Part shown: piece after piece, positions 50,981 to 64,000 of the stretch
Numbering within the stretch: position 1 is the stretch's first letter
How the letters are laid out: the number at the start of each line of letters is the position of its first letter
Assembly: GCF_006345805.1 (NCBI RefSeq)
Contig: NC_042998.1
Span: forward strand, 140,802,001 to 140,866,000
Length of the DNA stretch: 64,000 nucleotides
DNA from: Octopus sinensis
Taxonomy: Eukaryota
Reading direction: 5' to 3'
Position numbers and translations under genes: made by a program
The notes under the pieces: model-generated
The model's database searches: none
What the model was told of the DNA's origin: nothing
The model's input: only the letters and a program-made list of their open reading frames with translations

Positions 50981-53900
50981 AAGGAGCCAATTTCACACGT
51001 CCTTAGCGACATAAATATCTCAATTGTGCATGATTTTATTTATTTATATATATATATAATGTCTCGAGGTTTAATCATGTGACTTTATAGGATAAGAATG
51101 TCAATTTATCAATTAAACTACATAGTCTAAGATCAATAATGAAAGACGTGACTATTCAATCAACTTGTTGTTATTGATCACCACCCTTCCACTGAAATAC
51201 AAATTCATTGTCGCTTATTGACAGTGGTATTTTCTTTTCATGTAACTTTTCATAATTGCTCTTCACATTGCTAAGGACACACGTGTAACAACAATTGAGG
51301 GGAAAAAACAAAACAGAAAACCTTGAGCTTTTCTTCATTTGCATACACGTATGAAATAGCTAAAAAAAAAAATATTTGTAGTCGAATCCCCCCCTTCACC
51401 TTATACATGAATAGTAAATGTTCCTCTTTGCTGCACACATCAGATCAAAAGATATATGAGATTTGAAACGATATGCATAACAGAACTTCCTTTTTATAAT
51501 AATCATTAATTCAAGTTTGCTTAATTAAATTGATATTATCTTTGGCATAAGTAATAGATATGCTTTTTTTTCTTTTTATTCTTTTTTTTTTTCCATGCAT
51601 CATGCTCACTATTCAACTAGATCATGTGTCTGTACTATTTCTGTCAAATTTTTTTAGCTTTGATGTTGGGTAACTGCTACAGATTTATTCTCACACTGTG
51701 GCTTGTCTTCTCAATGAATAGATCCACAAATAATACACAATCACACAAACAGTGTCATACTTAACAAAACCTCATCTCGTTAGATTCAGTTTTAGTCGAA
51801 TAATATAGTTAAGCAAGGACTATTTATCTGTCTTCACATCAAAAAGACCAAAACACGATCCTCTTGTATGTCAACTTGTTCCATGTGCAGAAGTGGGACA
51901 TGAGTAAGTCCCTTGCACATGGTTAAGTTCATTTCTCATTATTTAGTTTATGATGTAATATCAGATCTTCCCACTCTTAAATAAAATAGTCACCCACTTT
52001 ACTTCTCCTTCAAAATGTATTTCTCTGTAGCTGATGACTGTGATGTAGAACATTAAGGTAGGATATAGCTCATCCTCCTAATCATACCATGTCTGATGGC
52101 ACACAAGATGTACAGATAAATTGGATGACTCCCTTAGGTCACAACCATGGGATTCCACCTAGAAAGCTTCCTTCCAAGGCACAAGTCCAGGCAAAGTTGT
52201 TTGTGGAAGACTAGCAGTCACCCATGCATACCAGCCTTCTCTCTCCACACCATCAATGTTTTCCAAAGGAAAGACAATGGCTGATACAGTTTGGCACCCG
52301 AGATGTTGCAACACATTTTTACAGCTGAGTGAACTGGAGCAACACACAGTCCAGTCTGGGAATTGAATTCTCTACCTCATGATTGTATGCCTGATGCTCT
52401 AACCACTGAGCCATGTACCTGTACATAGACACACTTCAATTTCAGCAGTGCCTATTCAGAAAAAAATACCTTAGAACATTAAAGCAATCCAGCTGAACAT
52501 TACAAAAGTACCTTAACTATAACAGAAAAGAATACAGCTGAAGAGACTGTCTGGATTAAAATCAGCGTATACTAGTGAGTTTCAAGGACTAAATTAACTT
52601 ATAGAAAGCTCAACTTCACATATAGTCTTTGGGGTGTTCTTGAGAGAATTCTTAGAGGAAAGTGCATCTTATATGCCATCAAATAATGGTACATACAGTC
52701 ATGTGATCATTCAAAGTCTAATAATGTGCCTCCAAAGTATTGGTTTTAAAACAAAAATATATAGTTGCAAGAAGTTGTTTACATCTGAAAGGCAAACGTA
52801 GGAAAAAAAAAAAAAACCAAGCTTTTCTTCATCCAACATGTTAAAAAGCACTGATTGTCGGTTTGTATTTCATGATAATGTAAGCATAGTAGACATGTAA
52901 ATTGTGTGAAATACATGCAACACCACAAAGAAAGTTATATAGGGTTTACACAAAACCTCGTCATTTGTACAGGAATCACTGTATTAGACTTTGGATAAGC
53001 ACATTAACAGCATGTATAAAATATGGATGATGAACAATATTCTCTGCTCAGCACTGCTTTAGGAGTTATGTGATAGCACAAACTTGGAAAAATGAGTTTA
53101 ATACTCAAGGAATTTATTTTGAGGTAGCTGCAATAGATAAACATCAGAAAGGGGCTAATTCTATTTATGAGAGCAGGGATTTTTGTGAAATCTATTATAC
53201 ATTGAGGACAAATTAACTTAAGCAAGTACAAAGGACTGACTGACTTAATATTCTCCATTTCATCTCTCAAAAAAAAGAAAAAAACTATTATATCAATATA
53301 GGATAAAAATACAAAATTTCAAATGATGAAAACAGCATACTACTACTACTCCCCCTCATCATCATCATCATCACAATGTCCACTTTTTCATGCTTGCATG
53401 AGCCAGGCAGACTGTTTATAGTTGAATGCCTTTCCTATCACTAACCCTCACCTTTTCCTAGTCAGGTAATTCTTCCCTATAGCTGGACTTGAAACAAACA
53501 CCACTTCATACACACACCTACACTGTCTACCATATTTAGCTTGGGGCTATAGTAGAAGACATATGCCCAGGGTGCAGTGAGAGTGGGTAGAAAGTGAATT
53601 TATTATTCACACAGCCATACCAACTGTTTAGGAAAAAATTTGAATGTGTTTGTAAAGTCAGAGGCTTGAATGAATAATTGGAAGTATTTTCTTTCAAGAT
53701 CCTCTGCAATCACCTTTTGATGTGTGTTCTAACATTTTCAATATTTAGAAACAGTACCTGTTCAACACACTTTCTCTGCTACACCTACAGGCATCCACAA
53801 TCATGGACCTCCATACCAAAGTCTGAAGATGTGATGTTTCTTGATAAAGATACAGCAAGTTTTCTGTTGTCTTCTAACTGGTTTATTCACAATTTACTCT

Positions 53901-54525
53901 GCTAATCTCCTACTCTTCTGAGCTTTTCCCTTGTGGCATAGGGCCTATTTAACTAGAGTAGTAGGGGAAGTAGGGGGGGTGTAATAAAACAGCACGTTTA
54001 CACCCCCGTGGGCCCAAATGATACCTATTTCAAGGCCAACCCTCTGAGTCCTGTGTGCTTTGGTCACAAGACCATCTGACATATAACTGGGACCCTTGAC
54101 AGATACTATCACCCTAAGCCAGAGTGAACCTGAGAGCTGCAGTGACTAAGGGGTATATTCACACACTGTAGACTTCCTGAACTCCCACGCTGGTGGCTCA
54201 CCACTGGATGCAAGATATACGCTACAATATATACTCAAGATATATACTACAATCTCTCTGCTGGTGTTGTGTTTAAACATCTAACAAATAGTTTCTTACA
54301 TATTGCCGCTAACATCTCTGAAGTTGTCAGTTCGTATTGACTTTCATAAAATGATTTTGATGTCTTGATAAAGCTTAACAGGTTGATTAAACAATATATA
54401 AGTTTACTGAATATTTTCTGAAATGATCAAAGTCTCAATAACTCGAAACTCCATGCAACGTTTATAGGTATTTATTTATTTATTATTTGTGCATTACATT
54501 TCCATACATATGCATGTGTGTGTAC

Positions 54526-54560
<35 letters not shown>

Positions 54561-54756
54561 TGCATACAACTCGGGGAGGAAGGTTTAATACCTTTCTCTT
54601 TGAAGTTATTATTATTAAAAAGGCAGTGAGCTGGCAGAATTGTTCACACATCAAACAAAATGCTAGCAGCATTTCATCTGCCGCTTTACATACTGTGCTT
54701 GAGTCCTACTGGGGTCAACATTACCTGTCTTCCTTTCTGGGTCATTAAACTAAGGT

Positions 54757-55223
54757 GCCAGCAGCACCGTCTGCAGTGGCTTGGTCATGTACATCGCATG
54801 CCAGATGGGAGGATCCCAAAAGACCCCTGGTATGGGGAATTGGCCACCTGCACAAGAGCACAAAGATGACCTCCTTTTTGTTTCAAGGACGTTTGCAAGA
54901 GAGATATAAAGTTGCTTGATCTAGGTGTTCTGAGTTGGGAGGAAGTTGCAAATGATTGCTCATGGTGGAGACAAATACTGCAAAAGAGGATGAAGCAATG
55001 GGAAGAGAAACAGAAACTTGCCACCAAAGAAAAGTGTACTCAATGAAAGGAAAAGCTAGTAGCACCGGTACAGAACTACTTCAAATGCAGTCGCTGTATG
55101 CACGACTGCCACTCCAGAGTGGGCCTTTACAGCCACAGCAGACGCTGCACCACCATCAGCAGCTGACACAATTTCTCTGGGTGTAGATCCATGGTCTCTC
55201 AAGACTGATGGATGGCCTACTAC
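54757..55223 (+). mobile_element. 5'-truncated RTE LINE (3' end) inserted in a family B SINE
   Basis: QQHRLQWLGHVHRMPDGRIPKDPWYGELATC...FKDVCKRDIK...SWEEVAND..WWRQ, a C-terminal FKCSRC..DCHSRVGLYSHSRRC zinc-finger-like motif, a short 3' UTR and a (TAC)n tail; TSD TAAACTAAGGT (54746-54756) / TAAAATAAGGT (55224-55234). Confidence 0.9.
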
Positions 55224-58200
55224 TAAAATAAGGTACCTGTCCAGTACTGCATCTGCTGTAATTGAATTGCCATCTCCCTTCAAAATTGCTAACCTTCTGA
55301 CAAAATTTGAAATAATAATTATTTTTATTATTAAAAAGGCAAACTGGCAGAATTATTACTAAACTAGACAAAATACTTAGTGGTATGTCTTCTGGCTTTT
55401 TTTACATTCTGATTTCAAATTCCACCTTTGCATACTTTCTGCATCAATAAATAAATACCAATTGAGCCCACGCCAATATAATCAACTTATCCCTACCCCT
55501 AAAATTGCTTGCATTGTGCCAAAATTTGATGCCATTATTATTATTATTATTATTAAGCTAGCGTAGCTTTTCTAACTGCTGTTAATGTCAATGTCCAGCA
55601 ATTAATGAAAATTTATTCAATAATGCAGTCTCCTTTTAAATTCGTGCCAAAGCAACATGATTCTAATTCTTGTAATAAACTAAACAAAGAGTCCACAGAT
55701 TTAAATCACATAACCAATTCCTCATTTATGATTCACATATTTCTTCGTTAAATTTATTGAATCATCTGAGTTTTGTTTTTCTTTTTAATTTTTATACCTA
55801 TGTATAACATTTAATGTTGTATATACTGAATTACTAGAAAGCATAGTTATTTAGTAGCAATTTAGCAATAAACGATAGTATCTTAGTAAAACAACCAGTA
55901 ACTGAGAAGCACCCTTAAAAAGGTGGGGAGGGGCATGTCTGAGTGATCTTTGAAAATTACATGGTTAATGTGTTGGTAGCTCTTCATGTGTGAAACCATA
56001 AAAAGAATGAGGTCTTTAGAAAATATTTATATGCCAAGTTAATCAAACCACTTTTTTGTACTAAGAATAAACTTCAAAGAGTTTTTTCTTCTTTTTTAAA
56101 AAAAACAACTGAAGTTTTCCGACACAGCAAATCTATTTAATGAAAGAAGGGTATTATCTGGTTTAAAAATTTTTTTTTAATTTTAAATTTCTTCTTTTTT
56201 TTTTACTCTTGGCAGGTTTTATATATAGATGAATGATTATTTTTTTGCGTGCATCAGCATGGCCGCAGCTCTGAGCTGAAACTACAGAATATATATATAT
56301 ATATATATATGTCCTGTTTGAAGATTTAAAAAAAGCATAGTAAAATGGAATGTCTACTGCACTATGGCAGGTTTTATATAAATGGAAATTTTAGTTTTGC
56401 ATAACTTAAGAAGTGATATATATATATATATATATATGAAGATAAAAAAAAATAAATACTTTATAAATTTATTTCATCATCATCACTTAATGTCCATATT
56501 CCTATGCTGCCATACATTAGACAGTTTAATAGGATCCGATGGGTCCATGAACTGAAATACACAGGAGGTCAGCACAGTTATCTGGCCTGTCATGTCCTGT
56601 CGAACTGTCCAACATGGGCATTAAATGATGATGATGACGATCACTTTTACTTGCTCCAGTCATTTGACTGCAGCCTTGAAGGGTTTTGGTCAAACACACC
56701 AAACCCAGTTTTTGTTTGTTTGTTTATTTGTAAATTTCGTACTTATTATATTAGTCCCTTTTAGCAAACTGTTAAGGTATTAGGATGTAAGCAAGCCAAC
56801 ACCAGTTTCAAGTGGTGAAATGGGCAAACACACACATAGTTATATGTATATACACTACAGGCTTCCACACATTTTCCGTCTACCAAATTCACTCACAATG
56901 TATTAGAAAGGCTAAGGTTGTAGTAGAAGACACTTGTCCATGACGATGGTTAAATAAGTAAAAAAAATAATAAATAAATAAATAAAGCACAGAACTAACC
57001 AATATTTCTACTGCACTATGTGCACTAAACATAAATTATGAGTCAAGATGTAATGTACCACTGCTTACTTTAAAAACGAAAACAACAAAACTGTAAATCT
57101 AACTGGCTTGGTGCAACAACATTATTATAACAACTAACTACAGACTAAAGCAGCTATAGTAGAAAAAAGAAAATAAGATGAAAAAATAATAATGATGATA
57201 ATAATAATAATAATAATAAAAGCAAAATAATAATCGACGAATGTGTCTAGTTTAAGTACGGTACATAATAGATTTTTCACTTCATTGTTTCATTGATCTG
57301 AGGGCATTGATTTGATGATGCCGCCTGCTTTTCATGTTAAACACAAGTGAGATGATATTTCCAATGACTAACACATGAAATCAGTACATCTGTTGCTTAG
57401 AACCAAACAGAGGGAGAGGGGAGAAAAAAAAAGAAAATATATGTGTATAAAAAGTAAATAAATAAATAAATTCAAATCCTTGCCTCTTTTCAAAATTGCT
57501 TAACTATTATAACTACATCTATCACTTGCTGCTTACAAATATTGCTTAACTATACTTAATATCCTCTTGAATTTTATTGGTTATATTGCAAATGACTCAC
57601 AATGAACAAAAACAATAACAAAAAACAAAATGATAAAAAATCAATCAGGAAAAATATATTTTAAGTTCAATCAATATAACAGAGAATTATTTTCATCATC
57701 AAAGAGAAATTTCATATAAAAGGTTTATTTTCTGATTAAAAAGAAAAAAAAAAACAAGGAAAGAAATAATTCAACTATATAGGGGAAATCCGAAAGAGAA
57801 AAAAATTCTTGAATCTCAGTGAGTTATTTACCCAAAGGCAGAAGAAATTTCCTGCCTGCTGGCAGTCTCCCAATATTTGGAATACCACCATTTTCACCAG
57901 CCCTACTTAGTCAAGGGGATTTTTTTTCCTTCTCCTGTTCTTTTATCTCGCAAGTTACTTGGTAACTTCACTAGTGCTGGTGGTATGAAAAAAATACACC
58001 CAATACACAGTGTAAAGTGGTTGACATTCAGTAGAGCATCCAGCCATAGAAGCCATGCCAAAGCTGACTGACATTCGATCCTGACACAGCCCTGCAGTTT
58101 GCCAGTTCCAATCAAACCATTTAACCCATGCCAGCATGGAAAAAACTGACGTTAATTAATGATCGTGATCATATCAGTCAGCCTTTACACCAACATCATT

Positions 58201-59149
58201 GATTTAATATTGACCATTCAAGCATAGAAAAATCAAACAATATTTGAGGAGGTAGGTTTTATACATCTGAATGCTCTTCCCTGCGCAAATCTTTGTTTCT
58301 AAACAAGATAAATATTTCCTTTAGACCTTTGAACGAACAAACAGCACAACAATCAGATATGGGTTCATAGAAAACTGCAAATAAGAGACTGATTGCATGA
58401 CGGTGACATTTCTTTACAACAAACATACAATGTCAAGAAGACAGACACAAACTCATTCACATGCACACGTACATACATTTATATATATAACATACATATT
58501 TGATGGGCTTCTTTCAAATTTCATCTACCAAACCCACTCACAAAGCTTTGGTCGTGGCTAGGGGTAGGCAATAGGGAAAACATTAGCCTAAAGTGCCATG
58601 CATTGGGACTGAAACCCAAACCAAATAGCTGTGAAATGAACTTCATAACCCTACAGCTATGCTTACACCTATCCATGCCAGCTTAATACCAAATACAGAA
58701 AAAGTTGTAGACCAAGTGAAATAAATACATGGCTGTAAAAGTCTAACCTCAACTATGATACTTAAAGTCTGATTATTCAACAGAAGCTAATATTATGTTC
58801 ATCTTATATATGAAGGCTCTTCTAAGGGCAACTGATTTTGATAGTTGAATAAGCAGGCCGACTTTATTTTTTCTCGTTTGTTTTAATGCCTGTTTTTTCC
58901 ATGCTCGTAAAGGTTAAGCTAAGAACTTTTTCAAGCAGGATTTTACAGCTGGATTCTCTTTTTGTTGCCAACCCTTACTTGTTATTCAAGTAACATGTTG
59001 TTATTTTGTTCCAGCCAGGTCTTCAAAAGCACAGAGTTATTGGTCATAATGTCAAAAAAGAATATTAACATCTTGTCACCGTTTCACTCAGTTAGTGACA
59101 ACAGTGGAATATAAACACACACATACACACGGATATACATATGTATGTG

Positions 59150-59470
59150 TGGTAAGATGTCTGCTTCCCAATCACAATGTTTTGAGTTCAACTCCATTGT
59201 ATGGCACCTTAGCCAATTGTCTTCTGCAAGTGAATTTAGTAGACAGAAACTGAAAGAAGCCTGTCCTGTATTTATATATATGTATATATGTGTGTGTTCT
59301 TGCTTTCAGTTGTGAGTGTCACTTAACATCTGGTCATGGGGAAATATCTTACTTGGAAACAGATGAGGGTTGGCAATAGGAAGTGCTTCCAGCTGTAGAA
59401 AATCCACCCTTAATAAAAATTTTCTCCAATCCATGCAAGCAGGGAGAAGATGAACACTAAATGATGATGT
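59150..59470 (+). mobile_element. SINE family A, tail type 1
   Basis: Head, core and GGAAACAGATGAGGGTTGGCAATAGGAAG...ATGATGATG tail. Confidence 0.7.
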
Positions 59471-59994
59471 GTTACATGCTACCCGCTAAGGTAATTATTA
59501 CTCAGTTTAATAAATCTAGTTAATGGTACTGCACTGATTTATCTTTTGTCTAACGGCAGAGAATGGAACATTAGTTGCCTTTGGCAGAGTCTCTGGCTTG
59601 AAGATACCTCCCTCCCTCCATCCTATCAGTATTGGAAGCCTTGTAAAGAGTCATGAGTACCCTTTTCCCTGCTGATTATTAGATTAAAAATAAGCAAAAA
59701 ACTTTTTCATGTGGTGGTTGTTGCTTAGCCCCACCTTCATCAGACTTATGATCAAAGACATTCCAGTCATGACCATCCAGTTTTTTCAGGCATGGCTTAT
59801 ATCAGACTACATATAAATTTATCAACTGCTATTTCCAGTAAACATTGATGCCTTGTTGTACCACTACTCCCTCTGTATGTATATATATATATGCATATAT
59901 GGGTACAGGACGTCACCAACTGTGTATACCTTCAGTATTCGAGTACTATTTTTTTCCCACTCTGTTTTGCATTTATGTGCTTACATGTGTATGT

Positions 59995-60325
59995 ATGTGG
60001 CCTGTATGGTAAGTAGCTCGCTCAGCAACCACATAGTTCAGGGTTCAGTCCCACTGCATGGCACCTTGGGCAAGTGTCTTCTACTATAGCCTCAGGCTGA
60101 CCAAAGCCTTGTGAGTGGATTTGGTAGACGGAAACTGAAAGAAGCCCATCGTATATATATGTGTGTGTGTGTATGTTTGTCTACTCCAACAACTGATGCT
60201 GATGTGTTTACATCCCCATAACGAAGTAGTTTGGCAAAAGGGACCTGCAAAGAATAAGTCTTAGGGTTGATTTACTCGACTAAAGGCAGTACTCCAGCAT
60301 GGCCACAGTCAAGTGACTGAAACAA
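59995..60325 (+). mobile_element. Well-preserved SINE family A, tail type 2
   Basis: GGGTTCAGTCCCACTGCATGGCACCTTGGGCAAGTGTCTTCTACTATAGCCTCAGGCTGACCAAAGCCTTGTGAGTGGATTTGGTAGACGGAAACTGAAAGAAGCCC. Confidence 0.85.
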
Positions 60326-60814
60326 AAGAAAAAAGTATATATATATATATATATATATATGCCTTTGTCCCCTCTTTTATTTTGTTTATTTTATTAGAAA
60401 ACTGTAGAAATGATTTGAAAAGAGATTTACCCACTCTTTCTAACTGACTGAGCGACCAACATATTCTTTCCCCATTGGCTTCAAATCAGTCTTGTTAATT
60501 TCATAGGAACTTGTTGACCCTAAAAGTTACCGTTAGTGCAAAATAATTAGGATATACAACAATGTAGCAGCAATGAGGGAGGCATCCAGTTTGACTTTCT
60601 AGTTTGTCTGGGCTCTCTGTGCTGCCCTGTCATTAAAAATTTCACAATGATTTCATGTTCGACATAGGTGCAATGGCTTTTCTAAATTTTTATAAATATC
60701 TTTCTTTTATCTCTTTTGACTTGTTTCAGTCATTAGACTGCAGCCATGCTGGGGCACCCACCTTGAGTCCACTGCCATAACCACTGGGCCATTGCGCCTC
60801 CACAGCAATAATAA

Positions 60815-61290
60815 TAATAATCCTTTCTACTATAGGCACAAGGCCTGAAATTTTGTGGGAGGGGGCTATTTGATTACATTGACCCCAGTATTTCACTGGT
60901 ACTTATTTTATCGAGCCCCAAAAGGATGAAAGACAGTGGAATTTGAACTCAGAAAATAAAGACGGACAAAATACTGCTAATCATTTCTATAATAGGCACA
61001 AGGCCTATAAAGAGCTGGAGGAAGTGTTGCTAAGCATTTTGTCTAAAATGCTAATGATTCAGACAGCTCAACTCTTTAATGATAATAACGATTCTTTCAA
61101 ATTTTGGCAAAAGGCCAGTAATATTAGCAGGAGTGTGTTTTTCAATTACATTGACCTCAAAAGGATGAAAGGTAGAGCCTGACCTCAGTGATATTTGAAC
61201 ACTGCACATAAAGAGCTGGTGGAAAACACTGCTAAGCATTTTGTCCGACATGCTAATGATTCTGCCAGCTCGCCACCACCACCATAATAA
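60815..61290 (-). mobile_element. Tandem SINE family B copies bounded by (AAT)n
   Basis: Two near-complete copies plus a rearranged fragment, with (AAT)n on both sides. Confidence 0.75.
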
Positions 61291-61924
61291 TAATAATAAT
61301 AATAATAATAGTAATAATATTTACTGAGTGTATAATAACAATAATAATTATATCATATAACAATCTGACTTTCATGAAAGGTTTCCTGGAAATACAATGT
61401 AAAGTAAATACTTTATTAATAAGTGGTTGTAGCGTGTGAATTTCTTTCATTTGCTCTACAAAGAGAGTGGGGCAGGGTTGGGTGCTGAAACTAAATAATT
61501 TTTCTTTTTATGTTTTGGTCATTGGACTGTGACCATGCTGGGGCACTCTATCTTGAAGGGGCTTAGTTGAACAAATTGACCTCAGTACTTATGTTTTTGG
61601 CTTGTTATTTTTAAGTCTAGTATGTCATCAGTGTCCTTTGCTGAACTGCTAAATTACAGGGACATAAACAAACCAACATCTGTTGCAAAATGGGAGTGGA
61701 GGAGGCAGAGAGACAAACAATTCACTGCAGCTCTTTACACTGCATCCTTCAACCAAATTCACTCACAACTTATTGGTCAGGCTGGGACTAGAAAAGGACA
61801 CTTGCTCAAGGCGCCACACCGTGGGAATGAACCCAAGACTATGTGAACTGATTTCCTACACAACCATGCCCGTGCCTATATATTTAAATCGACACTACTA
61901 TTTCTGCCCTTACATCACCTAACA

Positions 61925-62540
61925 ATGGTTTCTGATCTCAGCACATGGTAATTTTGAAGGGTGGGGCTAGTTGATTCCATTAACCCCCAGTACTTGATAG
62001 ATACTTTATTTCATTGGCCCTTGAAGGATGCAAGACAAAATCAACCCTGACAGAATCTGAAGACAGAATGTAGTACAGCAAAGAATTTCTTCCAATGATC
62101 TAACAATTCTGCCAGTTCATTACTTTCTAATAATTCTTGCTTCTATAAGCAAAAAGTCCTGAAATTTGGGGAGACAGGGATAAGTTGATTGCATCAACCC
62201 CAGTGCTCAACTGGTGCTTATTTTATCAATCCTACACCTAACCAAAAGGATGAAAGCCAAAGTTGACTTGGGTGGAATTTGATCTCAGAACATAGAGTCA
62301 ACAGAAATGCTGTAACAATTGTCAAGCTCACAACCTTCTAATAATGGTTTCAAATTTTGGTGCAAGGTCAGCAAGTTGGTGATGGTGGGGGGAATAAGTT
62401 GATTATATCAACCCCAGTGTTCAACTGGTACTCATTTTATTGACCCCCAAAAGGATGAAAGGTAAAGTCCACCTCGACTGAATCTGAACTGAGAACGTGA
62501 AGACCGATGGGTGAAATATGGCTAAGCATTTTCCAACATG
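61925..62540 (-). mobile_element. Array of three SINE family B copies
   Basis: Three successive ACCCCAGT.CTCAACTGGT.CT.ATTTTAT...AAGGATG.AAG units. Confidence 0.8.
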
Positions 62541-62763
62541 GTGGAACTGAACCTGAAACCATGGGGGGGGGGAGCAAACTTCCTAACCACACAGCCATGC
62601 CTGTGCCTACACACAGACACACACACACAAACACATGTGTACATACATGTACATTCATCTGCACACTCAAAGGGATTGTACTTCATTCTTTTCAGTTTTT
62701 TTTTCTTTTTTGAAAGATCAGTTGAAAAGTGAGTAGGGGTTACTTGTACTTTTTTCATGTCAT

Positions 62764-62827
<64 letters not shown>

Positions 62828-64000
62828 GGATACATATGTGTGTGTGTGTGTGTGTGTATATATGTTCAATGTTGATGAGTCAGTCATGAATACATAATTC
62901 ACACACACTCTAGATATAATCGCTGAAAGAAATCAAAGGAATGTATCTCGCTGGCTGTGTGTTGTCAGGATTTTAACAGGTTTTTTTCATCTTTGCTTTG
63001 TATTTTTTTTTTTACATAAGCAGTCTGCTCACTCTCACAGTAGTCATTAGCATATCACAAAACATTTTTTTTTCCAGCTAATTGACTTGTTACAATGCCG
63101 CCTGCCTGCACTTGCTCTGAACAAAGGTGCAATGGTTCAATCCCTATTACATGACTCTTGGTCCCCCGAGTCCTAGCACTCATAGAGCTGGTTTCCTGAT
63201 TTCCTTGGTGTATAACTGACCGAGATCACAACATTTGCCCCCACCCCAACTAAATGGGGCACCAGTCTGTTGCAGGGCTATTCATTTATGGCTGAGTGGA
63301 CTGGGGTAATGTGAATTTAAAGTGTTTTGCTCAAAAACACAATGCACCACCTGGTCCAGGAGTCAAACCCAGGAACTTGCAATCATGAGTGCAACACATT
63401 AATTGCTAGGTCACATGCCTTTACATGACATGCATAATAATGCTCAATTCTCTTTGACCTTATACATCGAGCATGGAGAGGGGAGGCTGATATGCATGTG
63501 TGACTGCTGATCTTCCATAAACTACCTTTCCCGGACTAGTGCCTCGGAGGGTAACTTTCTAGGTGCAATCCCATGATCATTCATGACCAAAGGGGTCACC
63601 CAAAGGAGATATTTTAGATACTGTATTACATACTGTTGTACTGATGAGTGATTGACTCTGAAAGGATGCAAGACAAAGTTGACCCTGATAGAATTTGAAG
63701 ACAGAGTATAATATATAAGCATGTCTTCCACTGACCTAACAATTCTGCTAGCTCTTTAATTTCTAATAATTCTTTCTACTATAGGCACAAGTCCTGAATT
63801 TTGTGGGGAATGAGGTAAGTTGATCACACCAACCCTAGCACTCAACTCATGCCTATTTTATCAATCCTGCACCCCATAGTGGGGCCCTGATTTGGATGAG
63901 GAGGATGAAACCTCTTAGTTACTATTGTTTCCAGGGCTACTCTGACACAGGTAATAACACCTATCAGGATCCCAGCAATGGGCTAATTAGCATGTCATGG

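Noticed and set aside
57300-57440. Minus-strand terminal coding exon ending ...HLTCV* (PDZ-like)
   Set aside because: The pyrimidine tract is strong but the acceptor is ambiguous (57395 versus 57389), all frames close within about 20 codons, and there is no upstream partner or homology.

Overview
This is AT-rich animal genomic DNA, not prokaryotic. It has abundant (TA)n, (CA)n, (AAT)n and (GAT)n microsatellites and several SINE families whose sequences resemble those of Octopus or other coleoid cephalopods; that assignment is from recall, not a search. No intact, recognisable host protein-coding gene, structural RNA gene or CRISPR array is visible. Nearly all ORF-track entries are repeat artefacts or dead retroelement fragments. 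Supported content: (i) at least four SINE-like families, often in head-to-tail arrays and some with target-site duplications (TSDs); (ii) decayed Vingi/Ingi-like, RTE and Penelope-like (RT + GIY-YIG) retroelements with nested insertions; (iii) hAT-like and piggyBac-like MITEs; (iv) a ~2.5 kb two-variant 41-bp minisatellite and several long inverted repeats. The most informative structure is a ~14 kb central domain (~32.3-46.9 kb) that keeps its CpGs and is almost free of SINEs, lying between two CpG-depleted, SINE-dense flanks. It contains candidate divergent first exons near 38.5-39.5 kb and a palindromic TCF/LEF-like element at 46.7 kb. Exon calls rest on splice signals alone and are low confidence. 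Repeat boundaries are approximate unless a TSD is given. I did not find convincing evidence of a new multi-gene system.
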